Assembly (NCBI GenBank): GCA_964644695.1
Contig: CAZXWN010000005.1
Location: 62,001-126,000, forward strand
DNA: 64,000 nucleotides
From: an uncultured bacterium
GTDB taxonomy: Bacteria > UBP4 > UBA4092
Direction: 5' to 3'
Shown: piece after piece, positions 28,885 through 39,679 of the stretch
Position numbering within the stretch: position 1 is the first letter of the stretch
Layout of the letters: every line of letters begins with the position of its first letter
Made by a program: the position numbers and the translations under genes
The notes under the pieces: model-generated
Database searches by the model: none
Seen by the model: the letters and a program-made list of their open reading frames with translations, nothing else
What the model was told of the DNA's origin: nothing

Positions 28885-30777
28885 ATGACAGAGTGGCTGG
28901 GAAGTATTGTTCTATTAATAAGTCTTTGGATTAGTTTTTATTTGATAGGAAGAGCCTTTCCTGTCACTGATTACCGAGAGTCCACAGGGTGGAGCTCCTT
29001 TATAACTAAGAATGTCTTAATCGGGTTTATTGTGAGTGCCACAGGTCTGACGGGATTAGTTTCTATTTTCGGCTTTAGTCGTATAGTCTGGGTTATTCCT
29101 GTTACAGTTCTAGTCACTTTGGGATTCATCAAAACGATTGGTGATGTATTAAATACCCGTAAAGCCCCAGGGAAATCCCCTCTTATATTATTATTCATAT
29201 CTACTTTATTCTGGATACTCATTATCGGATTCTGGTTATCATCATTACTGGGATTCTACCTTCCAGGAAGCACAGATGCCGCAGGTTGGGGAATGTTCAC
29301 TGTAACACTCTTTAAGGGACACTCCGGCATTGAACAGTTGCCCTATTATCCGGGGTTATATAGTCCCTACCCTCCCGGATTCTTTGTTTTATCAGCATGT
29401 CTCCGCGATTTAACAGGATCAGAAATCCCCCGGGTCATGGCAATACTCGCGACGGGGATGGGATTAATGGTCTTGATGTCGGGATGGGAATTGGGGCATC
29501 GATTAGGGAAACCATGGACAGGATTGTTAGTCAGTGTCCTCCTGGTTCTTGATTCCGGATTATGGAGTACATTTTTGGATTCCGGATACACAGCCATAGG
29601 TGGATTATTGGGACTGTTGGCATTTTTCATTTATTGGGATAAATCAAGAGAGTCAGAGCAATGGAGTGACATCATTCTCTCCGCAGGTGGACTGGCTGTA
29701 GTCTGCCTGATGAGTCCGGATTTACTACAAGCCATCATTTTGGGAATAGCAGGATTTATTATTGCAGGGGTTCCGCTACTGAAATCTCATAAAAAGGATT
29801 GGTTGATTTCATTATTAAAAATCTGCGGACTATCTGTATTGTTGGTCCTTCCGTGGTTAATCCAGGCCATACCCTATTTATTACATCCAGAGGTAGGTCA
29901 GGCAATTGGTCAGTATCAGCAATCATTGATGGATTGGAGACCAGGCTGGCACCAATGGGGCGTGGTTCTTTTTTATCATAGTCCACTGGTTGTCTGTCTG
30001 GCGGTGAGTGGAATCATTATAGCTTTCTGGAAGCGGCGACCCATAGATATCTTTATGGGAGTGTGGCTGATATTGATTATGGATTTAATTGGCCCCCATC
30101 TTTTACCCTCGCTGTTTGAAAAAGTTGGGGTATCTATTAGCAGAAACATCTATTATTTTATGTATGGGTGGAGGGCAACGATTATCCCTCTGGTATGGCT
30201 CTCAGCGGTCGGAATTGGATTTTTTATTGAAACCATATTAGAAAAGAAAAGGGGTCCGTTACTGGGATATATCTCATCTATTATTCTAATCTTTATAACT
30301 CTTTGGATAATCACTTCGGCCCCCGTGGGTGAGAATTTGCGTCCCCCCTTTTATGGACCAAGCACATTGTCCATACCCAAAGCCATAAAGATCCATCTTG
30401 TGAAAATCATAAAGGGCAAGATACGCCCACTGGCAACACATGATGAATATCAGGCCATGCATTGGATCCGGAATAACACTCCAGAGGATTCTTTGATTGT
30501 GAATGAGAATACTCTGGGGAGCCACTGGACACTTCCGATGACAGAACGGAAAACAGTTTATTTCCGGGAACAGCCATTTTGGACGGGAACTAAAAGATAT
30601 CAAGATTGGCAAAAGAGTCTATCTGAGTACCGTAAAAATCCTTCATTATTCAAATCGCAGGAAATTCGACATGCGTACTTGTTAACCAGCACTCCACTGG
30701 GAATAGATACTGCATCAAATTCTATACAGGAAGTATTCAGTTCCGGGGATGCCGGGGTTTACAGGATAAAAGAGTAG
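28885..30777 (+). CDS. Polytopic membrane protein, GT-C glycosyltransferase-like
   Basis: Many TM helices; D-containing first loop (GSTD), YPPGF, and a C-terminal AMHWIRNNTP..S soluble domain. Confidence 0.6.
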   Translation: MTEWLGSIVLLISLWISFYLIGRAFPVTDYRESTGWSSFITKNVLIGFIVSATGLTGLVSIFGFSRIVWVIPVTVLVTLGFIKTIGDVLNTRKAPGKSPLILLFISTLFWILIIGFWLSSLLGFYLPGSTDAAGWGMFTVTLFKGHSGIEQLPYYPGLYSPYPPGFFVLSACLRDLTGSEIPRVMAILATGMGLMVLMSGWELGHRLGKPWTGLLVSVLLVLDSGLWSTFLDSGYTAIGGLLGLLAFFIYWDKSRESEQWSDIILSAGGLAVVCLMSPDLLQAIILGIAGFIIAGVPLLKSHKKDWLISLLKICGLSVLLVLPWLIQAIPYLLHPEVGQAIGQYQQSLMDWRPGWHQWGVVLFYHSPLVVCLAVSGIIIAFWKRRPIDIFMGVWLILIMDLIGPHLLPSLFEKVGVSISRNIYYFMYGWRATIIPLVWLSAVGIGFFIETILEKKRGPLLGYISSIILIFITLWIITSAPVGENLRPPFYGPSTLSIPKAIKIHLVKIIKGKIRPLATHDEYQAMHWIRNNTPEDSLIVNENTLGSHWTLPMTERKTVYFREQPFWTGTKRYQDWQKSLSEYRKNPSLFKSQEIRHAYLLTSTPLGIDTASNSIQEVFSSGDAGVYRIKE

Positions 30778-30975
30778 AATATTATTTCTTATTTTGGGAG
30801 AACAGGACTGATAATAACTAAGCGGTAATCGTGCATCATCTTCTTGTTATTTAAGCGGTTCATAATGATATATTTACAACTAAAATCCACAGGTGATGTA
30901 ATTAGTTGGAAAATAAAGAAGATTCCGGTACAATCTAGTTAAGGGCCAAGAAAATGGTCTTAGAGGAGGGACGAT

Positions 30976-31539
30976 ATGATTGATACAGTTGCTGAAGAAA
31001 CCTTCATCACAGATACAATCGCCCGAATCAAAAGGGAGTTCCGGCATCTGGTGTCATTAAAAGCCAAATGGTTTGTTCATCGGATATTGCCTGCAGATAC
31101 ACTCCTTGTAGAATGGAAAAACAGGGGTCGTCTGGAACTGGAAATAGACTTAGCCCAATGGTTCTCCAGCCGGGACAAATTAACACAACTATTATGGTAT
31201 GAATTAGCATTTATCCGGGATGAGTTGGATCCGGCCTTTGGATATCCTATTGATTATGTCAGAGATAACTATGGACCAGGGGCGCCGCGGGAACGATTTT
31301 ATCATCTAATCCGGATGTGCTGGTGTGTAACAGTCTGTGGCAGGTTAAGCCGGAAACAGGTTCCTGTTCATCACAAAGATGTCGTTCATGGCCATTATGT
31401 TGAGTGCTATGGAACGACAGATTTTGCAGCGGAAACATTCAATAAATTGTTTAATATGGAACGACCCACCTTCACAGAAATTGAGACAATCGCTAAGCAG
31501 TTATACAAAAACAGACCCACAGTAAATGAGCCAGCATAG
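30976..31539 (+). CDS. Hypothetical protein (degenerate HExxH-like motif)
   Basis: 187-aa ORF, SD AGAGGAGG, segment LWYELAFIRDELDPAFGY. Confidence 0.7.
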   Translation: MIDTVAEETFITDTIARIKREFRHLVSLKAKWFVHRILPADTLLVEWKNRGRLELEIDLAQWFSSRDKLTQLLWYELAFIRDELDPAFGYPIDYVRDNYGPGAPRERFYHLIRMCWCVTVCGRLSRKQVPVHHKDVVHGHYVECYGTTDFAAETFNKLFNMERPTFTEIETIAKQLYKNRPTVNEPA

Positions 31540-31671
31540 GCAATAAAAGGATATAGTTAGTTATCCAACAAATACAGGTAATTTACCTATTTGTATGGGT
31601 TGTTTATATTTTGATTTAGTTATCAATAATCATCCTGACCCTCTGGCCAGTCGTGAATCTATCCTCCCATA

Positions 31672-31722
31672 GAAAACAAAATAAGGGTGTCCACCTGTTG
31701 GAAACAGGTGCGAGACACCCTT
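31672..31722 (-). terminator. Strong hairpin, putative terminator of HNH gene
   Basis: AAGGGTGTC-CACCTGTT/AACAGGTG-GACACCCTT stem with a T-rich tail on the minus strand. Confidence 0.6.
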
Positions 31723-31792
31723 GTTGTATATAATATCTTTCGGGGTATTAATTCTAATTCTTACATTAGTTCATATATTTTCTTCAACATAA

Positions 31793-32569
31793 TTAATATT
31801 TATAAGATTGTAAAAACTGTTTTCGGTGCCATGCCAGGAATTTGGCATCGGGGAGAAATCGTTCTGGAAGAGACAGTGGTTTTCCCTCATATTGCAGGAA
31901 ATTAAGATTAATGGTTTCGGTAAATAGTTCCTCTTTGATTCGAGGACTCAGTATTAGGCGATAATTCTCATCAAAACTAATAAGTCCACGGTCGAAGGCG
32001 GCATCATGAAGGGCTGATAAACAAATCCCATTATGAGGATTCAATCTTTCTTTTGGGAATTCATTCCAAGGCAAAATATGACTTGCGCGGAGAAGTTGAG
32101 GGATTGGATTACCGGTAATAGCACATTTATACTCATAATTGGCTAAGGTCATTTTTCTAAAGAATGCTTGTCCCATTCTTGTCTTAACTTGGGAGATTTT
32201 TTCCGTTTCTTCCATTTGTTTTAGTTTTGGAAAATCCGATAATTCTTCAGAAGAATCAACACCCAATTTATTGACCAATGTTTCACTTTCTAATACATAA
32301 TCATTCCAATTATTTTTAAATTCTTCAAAGAATTCTCTATCCGCTTTACTCACTCCCGAAAGACCTTTAATACCCCGCTTTTGCAATTCAGGGTCCAATG
32401 AGGCAAAATTACATAACTTCATGGAAAGACTTGCGGGAGTTCTTCCCAAGGCAGAAGCTACTTTCATGATTTCCGGATTCGTACTACTTAGTTTTCCGAA
32501 AGGTATTTTGCAATAAAGATTGTAGGCAATCAGTAATTCTTCACGCGTCCACCGTTTTCCATTTGTCAT
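31793..32569 (-). CDS. HNH endonuclease (putative restriction endonuclease, COG3440-like)
   Basis: N-terminal WTREEL..YNLYCKIPFG..GRTP..MKL.NF.SLDP domain; CAITG..ASHILPW..NGICL..HDAAFDRG HNH_2 motif. Start uncertain (32569 or 32611). Confidence 0.88.
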   Translation of the reverse strand: MTNGKRWTREELLIAYNLYCKIPFGKLSSTNPEIMKVASALGRTPASLSMKLCNFASLDPELQKRGIKGLSGVSKADREFFEEFKNNWNDYVLESETLVNKLGVDSSEELSDFPKLKQMEETEKISQVKTRMGQAFFRKMTLANYEYKCAITGNPIPQLLRASHILPWNEFPKERLNPHNGICLSALHDAAFDRGLISFDENYRLILSPRIKEELFTETINLNFLQYEGKPLSLPERFLPDAKFLAWHRKQFLQSYKY

Positions 32570-32747
32570 AATGCATTCAATATACTCAGAATCAGTAGAA
32601 ATATCAATCATTCAAAACTCATAGATAGAAAAGATAGAGGGATGGGGGATGTTTAAGTCGTATCCGAGTCGTATCTGATTCGTTTGAGGAAACGGAGTTA
32701 GCTGTTATGTCAAGAGGGGATATAAGGAGGGTGGGAAGAGGAAATAC

Positions 32748-35078
32748 TTATTTACAGCGGAACCAGAAGATAATTGAAAGAATCAAAGTCAGCAGGCTGG
32801 ACCATAATCCCAAGAAGAAGACCCAGGGATGAAAAATCATTTTCAAATTCAGGGGACCTTTCGTAACATGAACGGCCCGAAGGAATCCATCAGCCATCTT
32901 GATTTCAGATTTTTGTCCGTTCAAAGTCACTTTCCATCCGGGATAATACACTTCACTAAACACCAACCATCCAGAACTCGGAATCTCCGTAGATAAGTTA
33001 ATGGATTGAGGTTTCCAGTCCAGAGATTGAATTTGGATGGGCTCTCCCCCCTGATATTCCGAATCACCTACGACAACTTTATCCAGAGGGTTTATATTTC
33101 GAGTGGACAGGCTTGCCCAGGGAGATGTTACAGATGTTTTATTTTTGTCACTGACAAACCATACCCGGTCATGATACTGGGAATCCTGATATATTTTCCG
33201 TGTTCCATCCTCAATCAATTGGAGTGTGGAATCCTCCACCCAGTCATCCGTTGTAATATATTTGACCTGCATCAAAGACCGAAACACGGGATTGGAGAAT
33301 CCCAGTGTTTCCCACGCCTGAGCATAATGTTTCAAGGGGAAGGACTGATACCCCCACACTGACTGTAACCGATGTAAACTCCATTTATTATTGATCATAT
33401 CTCTGGACCCGGTCGGTAAAATTCGGAAGAGTCCCGGGTCAGCCTGAAGCGAATATACTCCCTGCTCCGACCGAACATATTGATAATACGATTTCATATC
33501 CATAGTCTGTAAATAGGGCCGATGGGCTGTCATTAAATCCAACACCAGTAAAACCAGTATTCCCGTACCTGCCCATACCCTACTTTTCCGAAGGGTTCCT
33601 ATTAACCAGAGAACCGCAAAACCAACGAGGATACTACTGCGGAGAATCATCATTCCATAATGGGATTCCAGGTGATATTTCATTGCGGGAATATACCCCA
33701 CGCCCATCAATACGAGAAGAACACCTATTCCAGTCAAGAGGTTTTTCCAATTCAATTTAGCCTGTTGAAGCAGACTCTTCATCCCCCACCCGGCCAGCAT
33801 AGATAATGCCAGAGAGAACAGCAGGAGAATCTCCGCCGGCACTCGAAACATCGCCAGTCCCGGTACGATTTTCAGAATGAAGGGATAGAGAGGATTAAAT
33901 TTTCCCAAAGACAGAAATCCGGAAACAAATAAAACTCCCAGATAAAAATAACGAGATTCTTTCCAGCTCTGGAACATACCCAATAGTGCCAAAAGACATA
34001 CAACAATTCCCATATATTCACTTAATGTCCGAGCACTATCAAATCGTCCGACATAGTTTTTGGAGGCCGCAGAATAAACCAGATTACCGATAAAAGATTC
34101 TTTCGTTTGAAATATAGGGTCTTGTCCACCGGCAGGATGGATATGGTCTCCGTAGGGACTGACCATGAAAGTACTGAGTAATTCTTCCGGCGGATAGGAC
34201 GCCTCGGTTGCCTTCTGATAATCCATTCCTCCGGATCGGGTACACCATCGGGAATATTCATAAAAAGGCAGCCATTGGACAGCAGTCAATCCCACAATGA
34301 TAAGTCCCGCCGCCCCGGCCAGTTTCAACCATTGATAATCTTTTTTCCGGATACCCTTCCATCCGACACCTATCAGATAGACACCTGTTAATAACCATGT
34401 GTAATAGCAGACCTGAAAATGAAGCGTCATTATCTGGAGCGAGAAAAGAATTGCGGATAAAATCACATCCCGGCCCTTCCGAGTCCGCTCCGAACGGAGG
34501 ACAGATGCCATCACCATTGGAATGAATGAGGCGGCGATATACTTCATCGTATGCCCGGGGAATATCAGCGTCACCAAGTTCCCCGCCAGCATAAAACTTA
34601 GTCCGGCAGTCAGACCGGAAAGAAATCCAGTATAGGTGACGGATTGAGATTCATCCCAGTTAATTTCCCGGTAACACCACCAGGCACCCCACCCGGCCAA
34701 CACCAGATGAAGATAATATAGCCAGGTGACCGCTGTTTCCTGCGGCATCACATAAAACAACAGGCTTCCCGGATAAAATAATGGATAAGACAAACTGGCA
34801 AAATGGGGCATTCCCCCCATAAGATAGGGATTCCACAACGGCCATTGCCCCTGCTTAATCAAATCGAGTGCGGTCTGATTCATGGGGATGAACTGCCAGA
34901 GGAAATCTTCACCAAACCAGGTCAAGCCTGTAAACAAAGCCCGCCCATACAGTATCAGACCCACAACCGCAAAAATAACAAAGGCCATCCCGTTGGGATG
35001 ACCTGATAAAAAAACCGGAACCTTCGACTGAGTTGGAGAAGACTCCACTTGAGGAATGTCCCGGTTTTGATTCGGCAT
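32748..35078 (-). CDS. YfhO family membrane protein (GT-C fold)
   Basis: PLWNPYLMGGMP, many TM helices, FSEVYYPGWKV C-terminal motif. Confidence 0.85.
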   Translation of the reverse strand: MPNQNRDIPQVESSPTQSKVPVFLSGHPNGMAFVIFAVVGLILYGRALFTGLTWFGEDFLWQFIPMNQTALDLIKQGQWPLWNPYLMGGMPHFASLSYPLFYPGSLLFYVMPQETAVTWLYYLHLVLAGWGAWWCYREINWDESQSVTYTGFLSGLTAGLSFMLAGNLVTLIFPGHTMKYIAASFIPMVMASVLRSERTRKGRDVILSAILFSLQIMTLHFQVCYYTWLLTGVYLIGVGWKGIRKKDYQWLKLAGAAGLIIVGLTAVQWLPFYEYSRWCTRSGGMDYQKATEASYPPEELLSTFMVSPYGDHIHPAGGQDPIFQTKESFIGNLVYSAASKNYVGRFDSARTLSEYMGIVVCLLALLGMFQSWKESRYFYLGVLFVSGFLSLGKFNPLYPFILKIVPGLAMFRVPAEILLLFSLALSMLAGWGMKSLLQQAKLNWKNLLTGIGVLLVLMGVGYIPAMKYHLESHYGMMILRSSILVGFAVLWLIGTLRKSRVWAGTGILVLLVLDLMTAHRPYLQTMDMKSYYQYVRSEQGVYSLQADPGLFRILPTGSRDMINNKWSLHRLQSVWGYQSFPLKHYAQAWETLGFSNPVFRSLMQVKYITTDDWVEDSTLQLIEDGTRKIYQDSQYHDRVWFVSDKNKTSVTSPWASLSTRNINPLDKVVVGDSEYQGGEPIQIQSLDWKPQSINLSTEIPSSGWLVFSEVYYPGWKVTLNGQKSEIKMADGFLRAVHVTKGPLNLKMIFHPWVFFLGLWSSLLTLILSIIFWFRCK

Positions 35079-35093
35079 TATTAAAGTCCGGAG

Positions 35094-35951
35094 TTATAGA
35101 CCTGCAGCCCGTGTTGCAGATATCAGAGTATTTTTCATTAACATGGCAATCGTCATCGGCCCAACTCCACCGGGAACAGGACTGATAGCACCGGCAACTT
35201 CAACGGCTGAGGGGAAGTCCACATCCCCTTTCAGTTTACCGTCCACCCGACTGGTCCCGACATCAATGACGACAGCACCGGGTTTAATCATATCTCCCGT
35301 TACTAATCCGGCTTTCCCGACAGCGACACACAAAACATCCGCAGTTCGGGTCACAGCCCCCAGATCGGGAGTTCGGGAATGACAAATGGTCACTGTCGCA
35401 TGACGCGCCAGTAATAATAAGGCTAAAGGTTTACCCACATTATTAGACCGACCCACCACTACCGCATGTTTTCCTTTTAATTCCACATTATAAGTATCAA
35501 GAAGATGCATTACACCGTAAGGGGTACAGGAAATAAAGCCGGGCTGATCTATCACCAGGTTACCGATAGAGGTAGGATGAAATCCATCCACATCCTTCTC
35601 GGGAGCAATGGATTCAATCACCAATTGTTCAGGAAGATGAGCAGGAAGGGGTAACTGAACTAAAATACCATGTATTTTGGGGTCCTGGTTAAGTTTTTGA
35701 ACTAAGGCAAGAAGGGTCTCTGCAGAGGTATCTGCTGGCAAATCATGGGCTTCCGAATAATATCCCAGTTCTGCACAGGCTTTTCGTTTTGACCGGACAT
35801 AGACTTCAGAGGCAGGATCCGCCCCCACCAAAACCGTTGCCAAACCGGGTTGGATTCCAGTTTTTTGGATCAGGGCATCGGTCTGGACTTTTAATTCTTC
35901 CCGAAGTTTTTGGGCAGTCAATTTACCATCAATAATATTTGCAGACATCAC
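35094..35951 (-). CDS. folD: Methylenetetrahydrofolate dehydrogenase/cyclohydrolase
   Basis: [40 protein letters not shown]. Confidence 0.97.
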   Translation of the reverse strand: MMSANIIDGKLTAQKLREELKVQTDALIQKTGIQPGLATVLVGADPASEVYVRSKRKACAELGYYSEAHDLPADTSAETLLALVQKLNQDPKIHGILVQLPLPAHLPEQLVIESIAPEKDVDGFHPTSIGNLVIDQPGFISCTPYGVMHLLDTYNVELKGKHAVVVGRSNNVGKPLALLLLARHATVTICHSRTPDLGAVTRTADVLCVAVGKAGLVTGDMIKPGAVVIDVGTSRVDGKLKGDVDFPSAVEVAGAISPVPGGVGPMTIAMLMKNTLISATRAAGL

Positions 35952-36140
35952 TAATCTCCCTTCAAATTAAACCGAGATTTTTATTCACCGGATTAGATTC
36001 TTTATTATTATATTGTATCCGATAACCCCCAGCTTTATACTCTGTTGTTCCTTGTGGTATAATCGTTAATTCAACCGATTATCTAACTTGTATCGGTCTC
36101 AACTTGACTCTATATTAATGCCCATAAGGAGATACGTGCC

Positions 36141-36287
36141 ATGAAACGGACTTATCAACCCAGCCGCCGGCGTCGCAAACGGACCCACGGCTTTTTGAAA
36201 CGGATGAGCACTCCCGGTGGCCGGGAAGTTTTGAATTCCCGTCGTCGTAAAGGCCGCAAGCGGCTTACCCCGGGTGTATCCCGTTAA
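36141..36287 (+). CDS. rpmH: 50S ribosomal protein L34 (not in ORF track)
   Basis: Manual translation [57 protein letters not shown]. Confidence 0.97.
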   Translation: MKRTYQPSRRRRKRTHGFLKRMSTPGGREVLNSRRRKGRKRLTPGVSR

Positions 36288-36342
36288 GTAATTCCTTTCT
36301 TTGAACATAACTGACATTAGAAATCAATCGTTTGCGGGCGGA

Positions 36343-36720
36343 ATGCGAAACTTCCGATACCAGAAGACTCAGAGAATAACTAAGCGGACGGATTACCAGG
36401 CCTTATATAAGGATGGGAAACGAGCCAGTACTCCTCTGATTCGGGTGCATGTATTATTTAAGGAACCCGATAACAAACCCCGATTGGGGATTGCTGTTAC
36501 ACGGAAGGTAAATTCAGCCGCCGCCCGTAATCGGTTAAAACGGCGAGTGCGTGAAATATTCAGGTTGCACCAGTGGGAGATCCAACCGGGAACCTGGATG
36601 GTCGTGGTGATAAAGCCCGGCGCTGAAGCTCTCTCTTATCAAGATTTGGAATCCTCATTATTGGGGTTATGGAATCGGATCAGGGCTTTGAAGAAACCAC
36701 AAACCAGTCATGATGTCTAA
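36343..36720 (+). CDS. rnpA: Ribonuclease P protein component
   Basis: [22 protein letters not shown] (RNR motif); follows rpmH. Confidence 0.93.
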   Translation: MRNFRYQKTQRITKRTDYQALYKDGKRASTPLIRVHVLFKEPDNKPRLGIAVTRKVNSAAARNRLKRRVREIFRLHQWEIQPGTWMVVVIKPGAEALSYQDLESSLLGLWNRIRALKKPQTSHDV

Positions 36721-36919
36721 ACTTATCATTCTCATAATTCATTTTTATCAAACCGGGATATCCCCTTTTCTACCCCGGTCTTGTCGCTATTATCCGTCCT
36801 GTTCCCAATATTGTATTGATGCTGTCAAAAAATATGGACCCCTGCGGGGACTCTGGCGCGGCATTAAACGGATAGGGCGTTGCCACCCATTTCATCCCGG
36901 TGGATATGACCCGGCATGA
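36710..36919 (+). CDS. yidD: Membrane protein insertion efficiency factor
   Basis: [15 protein letters not shown]...[12 protein letters not shown]. Confidence 0.95.
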   Translation: MMSKLIILIIHFYQTGISPFLPRSCRYYPSCSQYCIDAVKKYGPLRGLWRGIKRIGRCHPFHPGGYDPA

Positions 36920-36984
36920 CACTATCCACTCATCTCCTTGAAAGGCATACAACGACCTTTAGGTCTTAATGGAATCATAAACTC

Positions 36985-38910
36985 ATGAAAAAAGAACAAA
37001 TCATCGGAATCATTCTTATCACCCTGGTAGTCTTTATTTATATGACTTACCTGACCCCCAAATATTATGGGGATGCCACAGCTAAAAAAGGTACAAAGAC
37101 TACCACCGCGGTCACGACGGACACTACAGCTCAGGCCCCAGCCAATACAGTTACCCCAGTAACGGGCGCACAAAGCACTGCGGCAGTGTCAACGACTGTT
37201 CCAGCTGTCAATCTGGCTGATGCGAAGGATATTGTTGTAGATACCGACCTTTATCGGGCACGATTTACCACTCTCGGCGGCCGCCTGAAAAGCATGAAAC
37301 TAAAGACCATTAATACCCTAAATTTGCCCAGTGTCCCTGAACTTGAAGAGGAATTAAAAGCCGCCAAGGATGCAAATAATTACAACAAGATTGCCTATAC
37401 AGGCTATAGACTCACTCTTGCCAAAGAGTTAGTTATTCTTAAGAAGAAGGAAGAAGAAGTCCGTAAAGCTGGAGATAAGGTTCAGGCAGATCAACTCGCT
37501 GACCAAATCAAAGAAGCACAATGGGTGGACCTGAATAATTCACCTTCTGATTTACCCATGGCATTACAGCTTGAACTTGCCGGAATGGCCAATGCTGAGT
37601 TACAGACCCTTTATACTGCATCTACGGATATATTGAAGTTGTCATCTCAACTCACCACAGCCACCTTGGTTTTGTCCGGGAAACTCCCCAATGGGTTGGA
37701 AGTACAAAAGACAATCACCTTCTTTAATAATGGGTACCATCTCCCCATGGAAATCCGTTTTAATAATCCTACGGACAAGGCCATGCGATATGCTGACGCG
37801 AGTGGATCCGGTGCCAAGTTATATGCAGGGTCAGGCCTGGGTGATATGCAGGTTTTTGCTCCTACCAGTTATGACTTGCCAGTTCAGCCATCAGCCAAAG
37901 TGAATAATAAAGTCAAACCAATAAAAATTTCCGCCAAACAAATGGAACTTCGTGAAGGTGGAAGCATTGCCTGGGCAGGCCTTGAAACTCACTACTTTTT
38001 CAAAGGATATGTACCTCAGCCCAACACAAGTTTAGTTACTACCGTGGGTGCCAAGTACAGTTCAACCCCAGGATTATATATCCCCAGCATGTGGCTGGAA
38101 ATACCATCTTTCGATTTACCCTCTAAATATGAGAGCAAACAATCGTTCGTATTTTATGCAGGACCCAAACAGGTAGAAACCCTGAATGCACTGGGAGTTC
38201 CGGTAAAACAATTGTTATTCCCCGGCTGGCTGGAATCTATCAACATCATTATTTTAATCACTTTGAAATGGTTCTACGGTCTGGTTCATAATTACGGTCT
38301 GGCGATTATTCTGATTTCCATCTTGTTAAAAATTGTAACTTTCCCGCTGACTCATATCAGTTACAAATCTATGAGAAAGATGCAGCTCATCGCCCCTGAA
38401 ATGAAAGCCCTTCAGGAAAAATTCAAAGAGGATCCTGCCCGGCAGCAAAAAGAAATCATGGGTCTTTATCAAAAGCATAAAGTCAATCCCATGTCAGGAT
38501 GTCTGCCCTTATTGATTCAAATGCCGATATTTATTGCACTCTATCAAGTGTTGGGAAAAGTCGTTGAGCTGCGAGGTGCCCCATTCTTTTGGTGGATCAC
38601 TGATTTGTCCAGACCGGATACTATTGGACATATACCAGGGCTGGGAATCGCCATCAACATTCTCCCAATCCTGATGGGTGTCACTATGTGGGTTCAGCAG
38701 AAAATGACCACCACTCCAGATCCTAAATCAGCCATGATGAGCCAGTTCATGACCATATTCTTTATCTTCATATTCTGGAACATGCCATCAGGTCTGGTAT
38801 TATACTGGTTTATAACGAATATCCTGTCCATTGCACAACAGCATTACATCAACAAGCAGGATATTCCGTTACACATACACACTATTGAAACAAAGAATTT
38901 AGCCAAGTAA
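36985..38910 (+). CDS. yidC: Membrane protein insertase YidC
   Basis: NYGLAII, SMRKMQ, NPMSGCLP.LIQMPIF, WITDLS.PD, PSGLVLYW. Confidence 0.96.
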   Translation: MKKEQIIGIILITLVVFIYMTYLTPKYYGDATAKKGTKTTTAVTTDTTAQAPANTVTPVTGAQSTAAVSTTVPAVNLADAKDIVVDTDLYRARFTTLGGRLKSMKLKTINTLNLPSVPELEEELKAAKDANNYNKIAYTGYRLTLAKELVILKKKEEEVRKAGDKVQADQLADQIKEAQWVDLNNSPSDLPMALQLELAGMANAELQTLYTASTDILKLSSQLTTATLVLSGKLPNGLEVQKTITFFNNGYHLPMEIRFNNPTDKAMRYADASGSGAKLYAGSGLGDMQVFAPTSYDLPVQPSAKVNNKVKPIKISAKQMELREGGSIAWAGLETHYFFKGYVPQPNTSLVTTVGAKYSSTPGLYIPSMWLEIPSFDLPSKYESKQSFVFYAGPKQVETLNALGVPVKQLLFPGWLESINIIILITLKWFYGLVHNYGLAIILISILLKIVTFPLTHISYKSMRKMQLIAPEMKALQEKFKEDPARQQKEIMGLYQKHKVNPMSGCLPLLIQMPIFIALYQVLGKVVELRGAPFFWWITDLSRPDTIGHIPGLGIAINILPILMGVTMWVQQKMTTTPDPKSAMMSQFMTIFFIFIFWNMPSGLVLYWFITNILSIAQQHYINKQDIPLHIHTIETKNLAK

Positions 38911-38970
38911 TTCAGGATTGATAAAAAGGACGGGATAACCGTCATTACTTGATACGAAGGAGATTCCCAA

Positions 38971-39618
38971 ATGCGTTCAACCATTGCAACAGGACGAACG
39001 GTGGATGAAGCCATCCTTAATGGTACAGCGGAACTGGGGTTGACCCCGGATTCGGTGACAGTGGAAATTATCTCTCGGGGTGATCGTACCCAGAGTGATT
39101 CAGAGGAACCTCAGGCGAAGGTCCGAGTCAGTGAAAAGATATCTACTGAGCTGGTCGAAAAAGCCCGTTCATTCCTGGCTGATTTAATCAAACAGATGAA
39201 GTTTTCTGGAGATGTTACAGGAAAATCTCAGGGGAAATGTATTTCCCTTGAAGTCTGGAATTCTGCTGAAGGCAGTATCCTGATTGGTTATCGTGGAATC
39301 ACCCTGAATGCTCTCCAACACCTGGTGGGTCAATACATGAACCGTGACTGGAAACCAGGTCAGGACAGAATAGAAATCAGAGTAGACACTCAGGATTACC
39401 GTCAACGCCGGGAACGGTTATTATCGAAAATGGCCATGGATGCAGTTAAGAAAGCCCGTATTACGGGTCAGGCAGTGAGTCTGGAAACAATGAATGATGT
39501 TGACCGTAAGTTTGTCCATCTCCTTGTGAAAGACTTGGATGACATGGAATCCAACAGTCAGGGTGATGGCGATGAACGGCATATTGTCATCTCAAAGAAG
39601 AGTTATTCCAGTTACTAA
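38971..39618 (+). CDS. jag: Jag/KhpB (EloR) RNA-binding protein
   Basis: Jag_N (G.TVDEAI), KH (LIGYRG.TLNALQ), R3H (RKFVH). Confidence 0.9.
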   Translation: MRSTIATGRTVDEAILNGTAELGLTPDSVTVEIISRGDRTQSDSEEPQAKVRVSEKISTELVEKARSFLADLIKQMKFSGDVTGKSQGKCISLEVWNSAEGSILIGYRGITLNALQHLVGQYMNRDWKPGQDRIEIRVDTQDYRQRRERLLSKMAMDAVKKARITGQAVSLETMNDVDRKFVHLLVKDLDDMESNSQGDGDERHIVISKKSYSSY

Positions 39619-39639
39619 TAATTCACAGTATAAACACAC

Positions 39640-39679
39640 AAAAGCCGAACGGATTCATCACGAACCGTTCGGCTTTTTT
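39640..39679 (+). terminator. Intrinsic terminator
   Basis: AAAAGCCGAACGG/CCGTTCGGCTTTT stem. Confidence 0.8.

Noticed and set aside
32655-32686. Short tandem repeat AGTCGTATCCG/AGTCGTATCTG/ATTCGTTTG
   Set aside because: Only two good 11-bp units with no spacers. It is not a CRISPR or iteron array.
31781-32713. dif-like (Xer) sites flanking the HNH gene (TTCAACATAA on the left, TTATGTCAA on the right)
   Set aside because: The left site needs a 7-bp spacer and the right site has no XerC-like arm. Such matches are likely by chance in AT-rich DNA.
36099-36317. 72-aa minus-strand ORF
   Set aside because: It is antisense to the real rpmH gene at 36141..36287.
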